Assembly: GCA_965212055.1 (NCBI GenBank)
Contig: OZ243041.1
Location: 96,001-160,000 of the forward strand
Length of the DNA: 64,000 bases
Direction: 5' to 3'
From: Fidelibacterota bacterium
GTDB lineage: Bacteria; Fidelibacterota; Marinisomatia; Marinisomatales; Marinisomataceae
Shown: positions 19,882 through 28,100 of the stretch, in pieces
Layout of the letters: each line of letters starts with the position of its first letter
How positions within the stretch are numbered: position 1 is the first letter of the stretch
Translations under genes and position numbers: made by a program
Notes under the pieces: model-generated
Told to the model about the DNA's origin: nothing
What the model saw: only the letters and a program-made list of their open reading frames with translations
The model's database searches: none

Positions 19882-20852
19882 TATATTGACTGTCCAGTAT
19901 GTTCTCTATAGAAATCAAATAAAGCTTCTTCAATAGCCGACCCTAATGCGCCGTATGCTCTTGCTGTATCGCGTGCACGATCATAATTAGCTTCAATTTG
20001 AATAACATTGATTTCCCCAACTGCATACGTACTAGTTGTGTATCCTCCGGTGAAATAAGGATCTGCGCCTGGAGATGCTGTTGTTGTGCTTGGTACAGCA
20101 TCAAAAGTATACACATCACTTCCAGTACCAGCGCTTGAATAGCTGTATGACTTAGTGACAATTAAGCCACCAAAACTTGTAGGTCCTCTTAATACTTCAG
20201 AAAAAGTTCCTGCACTTAAAGAAGCAATTTGCGAAAGACTACTTTTTTCAGCATATGTTGGAGCATTGATTTGAACATTCCCAAGGCCTAAGTCATTGGA
20301 GTCTAATAAATAACCAAGCTCTAGTCGTTGAATATCATGACCATGACCATGTAAATCTAATAACACTCCAGAATCAAAATATGTTTCGACAGTATCAATT
20401 GCAGTTTGAATAAATGTATGATAAGCATTATATGCTTGTTCGGCACCTAAATTCCCTTGCGCTGCTTCCACTATCTCTCGATTGGGATCTAATTTCGTTC
20501 TATGCAGATTAGAAACAATAACATGTGGGAATAATCCACCAGATCGTTGTACAAAGTGATATGCAAAACGTTCTGCAACTTTTTGGGCATTCATATCGCG
20601 TGTTGTGACTCCAGAAGTTCTGTCAGGGATTGATGATGGAGTTAATGTACCATCATGTGCTACAGTAATAATAACAGGAGTATTGCCTGCAAGGTAATCA
20701 ACATATCCTAATGTATCTCCATAATGTTGTCCAGGAATGTATGCAACATCAGGAACTATTTCGTCTGGTGTTACTGCTTTATTACCACCACCACAACTAA
20801 TAATAAAAATAGAAATTAGAATAATGTTAATATGTAGATGCTTGATTGCCAT
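19878..20852 (-). CDS. N-formylglutamate amidohydrolase-like (Zn-hydrolase fold) lipoprotein
   Basis: Lipobox IISC; VAHDG, LHRTKLDPNRE, YH, LDLHGHGH, YFTGGYTT, IQIE. Confidence 0.75.
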   Translation of the reverse strand: MAIKHLHINIILISIFIISCGGGNKAVTPDEIVPDVAYIPGQHYGDTLGYVDYLAGNTPVIITVAHDGTLTPSSIPDRTSGVTTRDMNAQKVAERFAYHFVQRSGGLFPHVIVSNLHRTKLDPNREIVEAAQGNLGAEQAYNAYHTFIQTAIDTVETYFDSGVLLDLHGHGHDIQRLELGYLLDSNDLGLGNVQINAPTYAEKSSLSQIASLSAGTFSEVLRGPTSFGGLIVTKSYSYSSAGTGSDVYTFDAVPSTTTASPGADPYFTGGYTTSTYAVGEINVIQIEANYDRARDTARAYGALGSAIEEALFDFYREHTGQSIY

Positions 20853-22527
20853 CGCGAGACCCCCTTTGATCTGATCCTGTTATAAATTTACCATTTTTTA
20901 ATTGAATTCCATGAGAACGAGCAATACTATATTTCGCTGGTTCAAGAGTATGGTTTAATTCTTTTAATTCTTGTATAGTCTTTTTACTTAAACTTTCTTT
21001 TTCATAAAAAATTTGATCTGGTAACCATTGAGAATGTGTTCTTGGTGTATCAATTGCTTCATCTATCTCTAATCCGTGATCTAATATACTCACCAATATT
21101 TGCAAAACAGCTGTAATGATACGTGCACCACCTGCTGCTCCAACTGTAAGAATTGCTTCATTGTTACTATTTAAAACGATAGTTGGTGTCATGGAACTTA
21201 AGGGTCTTTTAAAAGGTTGAATTGCGTTTGCATCAAACCCAATTAACCCAAATGCATTGCCTACACCAGGTTTTGAAGAGAAATCATCCATTTCATTATT
21301 TAATAAAAATCCAGCACCATCTACAACTTTTTTATTTCCATAACTTAAGTTTAGCGTGGTTGTAATACCAGCGACATTTCCATTTTGATCCATGACAGAA
21401 TAATGAGTTGTTTCCATGCTTTCTTTTTCTTCCCATGTTCCATGCGCAATTTCTGAGCTTGGGGTTGCAGTATTCATAGAAATTAAGGTTAATCTTGCTT
21501 TAGCATATTCTTTCGATGTAAGCATTTCAATCGGATTATTCCAAAAATCAGGATCACCTAAATGTGTAGCCCTGTCAGCGTATGCCAACCGTTGTGTTTC
21601 TGTTAATAAATGTACAAACTCTGTTGAATTTCTTTTCATTGATTTCAAATCAAAATTTTCCAGTGTATTAAGCATTTGTATTACAAGAGCTCCTCCAGAA
21701 CTTGGTGGCCCCATAGAAATAATTGTATGATCTTTATACGTTCCAACTACAGGCGCTCTATATACCGAATCGTAATCTAACAAATCTTGTTTGGTGATTA
21801 ATCCACCATTTTTATTCATTTCTTCTACAATTAAATCTGCTGTTTCTCCTTCATAAAATCCTTTGTTACCAAATTGTGCGATTAACCTGAGAGTTTTTGC
21901 CAAATCTTTCTGTACTATTACATCTCCATTAGTCCATTCGTTTTCTTTGATAAAAATCTTTTTTGTCCCATCGTCCTTACCAAATTGGTCTCTATAAGCA
22001 TTAAAACTGTAAGCAGTAGTTGTATTGACTATAAATCCATTTTCTGCATAATGAATTGCAGGAGCAAGAATTTCTTCTAGAGTAAGTTTTCCAGATCCAT
22101 AATCATTCAAAATTTTTAGTAACCCATTGACTGTCCCTGGAACACCCGATGATTTATGAGACTCTAATGCAATCGCTCTATCATAATCTCCATTTTCATT
22201 AAGAAACATTTGTTGGTATGATAATCGTGGTGCCTTTTCTCTAAAATCTAAGCTAACTGATTTCCCATCTGCTGTGTGTGCAACTAAAAATCCTCCCCCA
22301 CCAATATTGCCGTTGGATGGTGAGGTTACTGCTAGGGCAAATCCAGTTGCTACAATGGCATCAAATGCATTTCCCCCTTGTTGAAGAATATCAATGCCAA
22401 CATCAGATGCAATTTTAGATGTAGAGGACACAGCACCATTTGTATTGTCTCTTGATAACTCCCATGCTTGCCAAGTAAATGGAATGCAAAGTAATAGATA
22501 TATCAAATTTTTATAGCTGTTTTTCAT
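20827..22527 (-). CDS. ggt: Gamma-glutamyltransferase
   Basis: GGNAFDA, NIGGGGF, DFREKAP, GVPGTV, catalytic ETTHYS, LNNEMDDFS, RPLSSMTPT. Confidence 0.96.
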   Translation of the reverse strand: MKNSYKNLIYLLLCIPFTWQAWELSRDNTNGAVSSTSKIASDVGIDILQQGGNAFDAIVATGFALAVTSPSNGNIGGGGFLVAHTADGKSVSLDFREKAPRLSYQQMFLNENGDYDRAIALESHKSSGVPGTVNGLLKILNDYGSGKLTLEEILAPAIHYAENGFIVNTTTAYSFNAYRDQFGKDDGTKKIFIKENEWTNGDVIVQKDLAKTLRLIAQFGNKGFYEGETADLIVEEMNKNGGLITKQDLLDYDSVYRAPVVGTYKDHTIISMGPPSSGGALVIQMLNTLENFDLKSMKRNSTEFVHLLTETQRLAYADRATHLGDPDFWNNPIEMLTSKEYAKARLTLISMNTATPSSEIAHGTWEEKESMETTHYSVMDQNGNVAGITTTLNLSYGNKKVVDGAGFLLNNEMDDFSSKPGVGNAFGLIGFDANAIQPFKRPLSSMTPTIVLNSNNEAILTVGAAGGARIITAVLQILVSILDHGLEIDEAIDTPRTHSQWLPDQIFYEKESLSKKTIQELKELNHTLEPAKYSIARSHGIQLKNGKFITGSDQRGSRDGNQASTY

Positions 22528-22543
22528 TGTTAGATATTTGAAG

Positions 22544-22583
22544 ATAATAAAAAGCCCCTGAAAAACAGAGGCCTTTTATTATT
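22544..22583 (-). terminator. Rho-independent terminator after the TonB-dependent receptor gene
   Basis: Minus strand AATAAAAGGCCTCTG-TTTTT-CAGGGGCTTTTTATT hairpin with U tract. Confidence 0.8.
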
Positions 22584-22604
22584 TTAATTCCTAAACGTTA
22601 GAGC

Positions 22605-25424
22605 TTATAAGCTCATATCTACACGAGCGTATAGATAACGTCCATTAAATCCAAAAGGACTATAACCAGAATGTTGGAATATTCCATTGAAACTATTTCT
22701 TTTAATAGTCTTGTCTGGGTATGTATCAAACGCATTGTTTACCCCTAAAGATAAACGTGTTTGACTAGATACCTGGAATGAATATTCAGCATCTACTGTC
22801 CATTTTGAAGAAAGAACTTGTTCTCTCTCTTCTGATCCAGATGGAATTGTTACTTCACCCCAATTGTTCAATTTCACCATGTAACTACATGTTGGTTTTT
22901 GAACCATTGCTGAGAATTGGAAAACATTGGAAGGACCAGAGTTTTCATATCTCACGGTGTTTGCACGTCCAAGAAGCACTTGACTTGTATAGTCTGCTAA
23001 ATTGGAAGGAGTTTCAAGTTCTCCTTTATTGGTTACTTCAGTATCAGTGAAGTTCATTGCACTCTTAAGTAACAAATGTCCATTAGGGATATCAAAGTTT
23101 AGAGTAGAAACAATATCTAAACCATTAGTCTCAGTGTCAACTCCATTAAAGAACCATCTACCAGCTGCTGCTGCGATGTTTCTTTCTTGGAAGAATTGAA
23201 CCATCCCTGAACCCTTAAAGGTTTCAGTAAGTCCAATACGATCTTCAACAGTAATCTTATACGCATCTACTGCTAGTGAAGCCATATCATTCTTGAATGT
23301 CATACCAGCTGAAAGATTTTGTGAAGTTTCTGGTTCAAGATTTCTTGCACCAAGAGCTATTGCTGGTTCGGTATCAACAGGGAATGTTCCTACTTCATAA
23401 GGTATCCCGTCAATAAAGTTAGTTGCAATAGATGAGAAATACGCTTCTTGTAATGCAGGAGCTCTAAAGCCAGTGCTTAAAGAAGCTCTTAATGCTAAGT
23501 TTTCTTGTAATTCATATCTCATTGCAATTTTACCATTGATTGTGTTTCCAAAGTCACTATAATCTTCTGCTCTAATTGCTACACCGACAAGAAGATTATC
23601 AAGTACGTCAGCTTCTGCGTCAAAGTATACACTTAACGCATCTCTGTCACGATCGCCTTCGTTTGCAGGAGCAAGTCCTGGTAAACATTGACAACCAACA
23701 GCAGCGCTTGAACCAGCACTTGGACCGTCTAATACATCAAATCCGCCATCAGCATATCCTGCTTCTTCACCAGCTTCAATAGTATAGTTTTCACTACGCA
23801 TTTCTAAACCGAATGCAAGATTTACTGGTCCAGCAAAACCTTCCATATCTATTACGGTTGTGAAATCAGCGTTCAGTGACGTCTGTGAATAACCTAGTGT
23901 TCCTAAGTCAAAATCAGATTGTTGTCCTGCACTAGTACCATAAGTTGCGTTATGACTATTTTGCATTCCCCATGAAAAGTCATTGCCACCAGTGGTAACA
24001 CTAATATCATATGCGTAATCCCCAATTAGTCCTTTCATACCAGCTGCAAAAGAGCTGTCAGTTAATTCTGGACTAATTAATGGTAAGAATCCGTCTGGAT
24101 ACCATGCACGAAGAGTACGATTATCTTGAGCTCTTCTATAATAACAGCCACTTTCTCCATTACGGGTATTAAATCCACCAAAAGTATAGAATGTTCCTCT
24201 TTCCATTGGGAAACTACCATTCCACATCATGCTTACTTGTTCAAATTCTCCACGACCAATACGATGATTCTCTCTATCGAAAGAAGCTTCTCTTGGATCT
24301 GGAGTTACTGTAGCTGATGCACTTTTAGTGAGTTGTCCGTTTGCGTCTGTACCAAAGTACTGCATTCTAGGATCTAGACCAGTACGGTTTGTACGTCCAC
24401 CTTCACGGATTTGTCCACTTATGTAAAGATTTCCACCAAACATGCTTAAACCACTACCAGCATGTAAGATTAAATTTTTACCATCGGTTTTCTTAACAGT
24501 TTGCATTCCACTTCTAGCCCAGCCTCTATCACCAGTAAATGGTAAATAGCCTGATCCGTTGTGGCCTGGATCACTGTCCCAACCGTAAGTATCTTCAGAT
24601 TGGCCTGCAATTAATGCTTCATCAGATCCGTATCCTCTTTCAAAGAAAGAGTAACTTTGACCATATGTTACACTAACATCTGCGCCACCTGTTTCTTTTA
24701 AAATGATGTTGATTACACCGGCGATAGCATCAGAACCATATTTTGCTGCTGCACCATCACGCAATACTTCAATTTTCTGGATTGCGCTTGCTGGAATTGC
24801 ATTTAAGTCAACTTGTGTTGAACCACGTCCAACAGAACCGTTAACATGCACTAGAGCACCTGAATGACGTCTTTTACCGTTTACCAGTACAAGAACATGA
24901 CCCGGTGCCATACCACGCAATGTAGCAGGTCTCATGTGATCTGAACCATCAGTAATGTAGCTACGAGGAGCGTTATAAGACGGAACTAAAGCTTGCAACA
25001 ATTGACTTGTTTCAGTAAGTCCAGTTGCACGAATTTCAAGTTCTGTAATAACTTCCACAGGAACTGCTTGTTCGTCTGCATTTCTTTGGAAACGAGATCC
25101 AAGAACTGAGACTTCAGAACCAGCAACTGCACTAGATGATAGTGAAAAGTTTGCTGTTGCAGCGCCATCTACATTGACAGACACGCTTGAAGACCCATAT
25201 CCGATATATGAAGCAGTTACAGTATAAGAACCGCTTGCTACACCGTCGACTGAATATGAACCGTCAGCTGCTGTTGCTGCACCTGATGATGTTCCTTCAA
25301 CTACTACATTTGCACCATAAAGGGCATTGCCCCCTGAGTCAGTAACGGTACCTGATACTGAACCCTGTGCAAACACAAAGCCGGTCATCATAACAAGTGC
25401 TACCATATTAAATAGCTTTCTCAT
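22605..25424 (-). CDS. TonB-dependent receptor with N-terminal CarboxypepD_reg-like domain
   Basis: Start moved to ATG 25424 (MRKLFNMVAL..VFA|QG, after AAGGAAA); plug motifs VLVLVNGKRRH, VDLNAIP, IEVLRDGAAAKYGSDAIAGVINIILK; C-terminal GRYLYARVDMSL. Confidence 0.93.
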   Translation of the reverse strand: MRKLFNMVALVMMTGFVFAQGSVSGTVTDSGGNALYGANVVVEGTSSGAATAADGSYSVDGVASGSYTVTASYIGYGSSSVSVNVDGAATANFSLSSSAVAGSEVSVLGSRFQRNADEQAVPVEVITELEIRATGLTETSQLLQALVPSYNAPRSYITDGSDHMRPATLRGMAPGHVLVLVNGKRRHSGALVHVNGSVGRGSTQVDLNAIPASAIQKIEVLRDGAAAKYGSDAIAGVINIILKETGGADVSVTYGQSYSFFERGYGSDEALIAGQSEDTYGWDSDPGHNGSGYLPFTGDRGWARSGMQTVKKTDGKNLILHAGSGLSMFGGNLYISGQIREGGRTNRTGLDPRMQYFGTDANGQLTKSASATVTPDPREASFDRENHRIGRGEFEQVSMMWNGSFPMERGTFYTFGGFNTRNGESGCYYRRAQDNRTLRAWYPDGFLPLISPELTDSSFAAGMKGLIGDYAYDISVTTGGNDFSWGMQNSHNATYGTSAGQQSDFDLGTLGYSQTSLNADFTTVIDMEGFAGPVNLAFGLEMRSENYTIEAGEEAGYADGGFDVLDGPSAGSSAAVGCQCLPGLAPANEGDRDRDALSVYFDAEADVLDNLLVGVAIRAEDYSDFGNTINGKIAMRYELQENLALRASLSTGFRAPALQEAYFSSIATNFIDGIPYEVGTFPVDTEPAIALGARNLEPETSQNLSAGMTFKNDMASLAVDAYKITVEDRIGLTETFKGSGMVQFFQERNIAAAAGRWFFNGVDTETNGLDIVSTLNFDIPNGHLLLKSAMNFTDTEVTNKGELETPSNLADYTSQVLLGRANTVRYENSGPSNVFQFSAMVQKPTCSYMVKLNNWGEVTIPSGSEEREQVLSSKWTVDAEYSFQVSSQTRLSLGVNNAFDTYPDKTIKRNSFNGIFQHSGYSPFGFNGRYLYARVDMSL

Positions 25425-25482
25425 TGTTTTTCCTTTTTTTATGTACATATTTAAAATATTTTTTATACTAACATAAAGATAC

Positions 25483-25548
25483 ACCCTTAGTATAGGATGC
25501 TCTTACCCTTAGTTCGTATAAGTTATTGTAAGACGAGCTGAATGTCAA
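25483..25548 (-). promoter_or_regulatory. TBDR promoter with downstream direct repeat
   Basis: TTGACA (25548-25543)-17 nt-TAACTT (25525-25520); ACTAAGGGT at 25513-25505 and 25491-25483. Confidence 0.7.
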
Positions 25549-25568
25549 TATCTTAAAGAAACAGGCCT

Positions 25569-26300
25569 TTATCGTCTGCTTCGTAGTTTCATTAATAGAT
25601 TTAGAATTTCAATATAAAGCCAAATTAACGTAATCATTAGTCCAAAAGCACCATACCATTCCATATATTTTGGAGCGCCTTGATTTGCACCTTGTTCAAT
25701 AAAATCAAAGTCTAATACTAGATTTAAAGATGCAATACCAACGACAAAAACAGAGAATAAAATACCCGGTAAGTCATTGGAAAATAAGGATTCTGCGAAC
25801 GAAATTTCAAATAAAGACGACAAAAGCATATTTAACATGTACACAATAAAAATGCCAAATGTAGCTGCAAAGATTCCAAGTCTAAAATTATCTGTTACCG
25901 CAATAAGCTTGCTTTTATACAACATCAGAAGAGCAGCTAGAATGCCAAAAGTAAGACAAATAGCCTGATTGGCAATTCCAGGATATATATCGTTAGCCCA
26001 GGCAGAAATTCCTCCTAAAAGCCCTCCTTCTAGTAAGCAATATATTGGAACTGTATAGGGCGCTGCTTTCTTATTAAAAATGGTGATTAATAAGAGAACA
26101 AACGTGGAGATAATAATGGGTAAAAAATATCTAGAAGATAATTCAGGATTGTTCCAGGTATAAATAGCAGATGTCATTAAAAGCAACAAGCTCAATGCTG
26201 TTTTATTGACAGTACCATCAATTGTCATTGGTTGTTCAGCAGATATATTTCTAGTGGATGAAAATGTTTTGCTATTCAAAGCTGGGTTTGCTGATCTCAT
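25569..26300 (-). CDS. Bax inhibitor-1/YccA family membrane protein
   Basis: MRSANPAL, MTIDGTVNKT, LVLDFDFIE, APKYMEWYGAFGLMITLIWLYIEIL. Confidence 0.9.
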   Translation of the reverse strand: MRSANPALNSKTFSSTRNISAEQPMTIDGTVNKTALSLLLLMTSAIYTWNNPELSSRYFLPIIISTFVLLLITIFNKKAAPYTVPIYCLLEGGLLGGISAWANDIYPGIANQAICLTFGILAALLMLYKSKLIAVTDNFRLGIFAATFGIFIVYMLNMLLSSLFEISFAESLFSNDLPGILFSVFVVGIASLNLVLDFDFIEQGANQGAPKYMEWYGAFGLMITLIWLYIEILNLLMKLRSRR

Positions 26301-26306
26301 AAACCC

Positions 26307-27737
26307 CTACTTTAAGAAATCACTGATTTTATTTTCGTCAATTCGAGTTTGTTTCATTGAATCTCGTTCTCGGATAGTAACGGTATTATCCTCAAGAGTT
26401 TGATGATCAATTGTTATTCCAAAAGGAGTTCCTGCTTCATCTTGACGATAATAACGTTTTCCAATAGATCCTTGTTCATCATATATACATGAATATTGTT
26501 GATTTAAATCACTAAAAATATTCATAGCTCTCTCTGGTAAATTATCTTTTTTAACAAGAGGACATATAACAGCTTTATTCGGAGCCAATGCAAATGGAAG
26601 TTTTAATACTACTCGGTTATTTTCAGTATCTTCGAAGTAAGCGTTGCATAGAACCATCAGAAATATTCTATTTAATCCAGCAGATGTTTCAATAATATAG
26701 GGATGATATTTTTTATTATTTGCAGAATCAAAATATGTCATATTTTTCCCGGAGATTTTTTCATGTTGTTTTAAATCAAAATCTGTACGATTATGAATTC
26801 CTTCAATTTCTCCCCAACCAAATGGAAATTTATACTGAATATCATATGCATCTTTTGCATAATGAGCTAATTCTGTATCGTCGTGTTGATGAAATTGAAG
26901 ACTAGATTTACTAATTCCCAATTGATTTAAATAAAAATCAAACCTCTTTTGTTTCCATAGCTCAATATTTTCTTTATCTTTTGATGGATGAACAAAATAT
27001 TGCATTTCCATTTGTTCAAATTCTCTTGTTCTAAAAATGAAGTTTCTTGCAACAATTTCATTTCTAAATGCCTTTCCAATCTGTGCGATACCAAATGGTA
27101 TTTTTAAGCGCATGCTATTTTGAATTAAAAGATAGTTGATAAACATTCCTTGTGCAGTTTCTGGACGTAAGTAAATCTCTTTTCCAGTTTTTTCTGATGG
27201 ACCTGAATCAGTTTTAAACATTAAATTAAATTGAACTGGTATTGTCCATTTTCCAATTGATCCTGAATGTGGATCTATAACTCCTGCTTTTTCCAATATT
27301 CCTTCACCATCAGCTTCTTTATCAAGAAGCGTGTGTGCAATTTGATCAAAAATAGAATTATCGTTAGTATTTTTGATGTTTAAAGAATCGCATAAAGCAT
27401 CAATTACTTTACTTTTTTGTTGAGAAAGCAAGTCATCCACTCGGTATCTTTTTTTGTTATCTTTATTATCTGTCATTGGGTCATTAAAATTTTCTATGTG
27501 CCCACTTGCTCTCCAGACGTCTGGATGAACCATAATTGCACTATCAATACCAACAATATTTTGATGCAGTTGGGTCATTTCTTTCCACCATAACTCCGAG
27601 ATTGATTTTTTTAATTCAACACCCATTGGTCCATAGTCATAAGATGCTTTTAATCCACCATAGATTTCAGAATTAGGAAATACAAAACCTCTTCTTTTGC
27701 AAAGAGAGATAATTTTGTCTAAATGTTTTTCGCTCAT
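26307..27737 (-). CDS. glyQS: Glycine--tRNA ligase, homodimeric type
   Basis: KRRGFVF..SEIYGG, DYGP, LRPETAQG, FRNEI, FRTREFEQMEMQ, SIGKRYYRQDEAGTP. Confidence 0.96.
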   Translation of the reverse strand: MSEKHLDKIISLCKRRGFVFPNSEIYGGLKASYDYGPMGVELKKSISELWWKEMTQLHQNIVGIDSAIMVHPDVWRASGHIENFNDPMTDNKDNKKRYRVDDLLSQQKSKVIDALCDSLNIKNTNDNSIFDQIAHTLLDKEADGEGILEKAGVIDPHSGSIGKWTIPVQFNLMFKTDSGPSEKTGKEIYLRPETAQGMFINYLLIQNSMRLKIPFGIAQIGKAFRNEIVARNFIFRTREFEQMEMQYFVHPSKDKENIELWKQKRFDFYLNQLGISKSSLQFHQHDDTELAHYAKDAYDIQYKFPFGWGEIEGIHNRTDFDLKQHEKISGKNMTYFDSANNKKYHPYIIETSAGLNRIFLMVLCNAYFEDTENNRVVLKLPFALAPNKAVICPLVKKDNLPERAMNIFSDLNQQYSCIYDEQGSIGKRYYRQDEAGTPFGITIDHQTLEDNTVTIRERDSMKQTRIDENKISDFLK

Positions 27738-27746
27738 TAGAATAAT

Positions 27747-28100
27747 TTAATCGAAAAAATACTTGTATAATATTGTTATACCAAATAATCCAAAAATAAT
27801 TGGAATAATCCACATTAATAAATTAAATCCACTTGCAGGAGGAGTAGCAAGCATATTTACTCCAGGATATTTTTCTACATAATAGGTTTTAATTTCTTCA
27901 TCGGTCATTCCTTGAATAATCATTTTCTTAATTTCTTCTCTCATATCAATTGCAATACCTGATTGAGATTGTTCTAAAGTTAGTCCTTCACAGACAGGAC
28001 ACATTAATTCTCGATTTAATTTATAGAGTCTTTGTTCTAATGAGGATTGATATCCAAACATAATACTGCTTATAGAAATGGTTAAGATTAAACTTTTCAC
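27747..28100 (-). CDS. ccmH: Cytochrome c biogenesis CcmH/CcmL-type domain protein
   Basis: LMCPVCEG..LEQSQS.IA.DMR motif, C-terminal TM segment (LLMWIIP); GTG start. Confidence 0.82.
   Translation of the reverse strand: MKSLILTISISSIMFGYQSSLEQRLYKLNRELMCPVCEGLTLEQSQSGIAIDMREEIKKMIIQGMTDEEIKTYYVEKYPGVNMLATPPASGFNLLMWIIPIIFGLFGITILYKYFFD

Noticed and set aside
22605..25424. Horizontal transfer of the TBDR suggested by higher GC
   Set aside because: The shift is explained by Gly/Ala/Ser-rich composition and high-expression codon bias; there are no mobility signals
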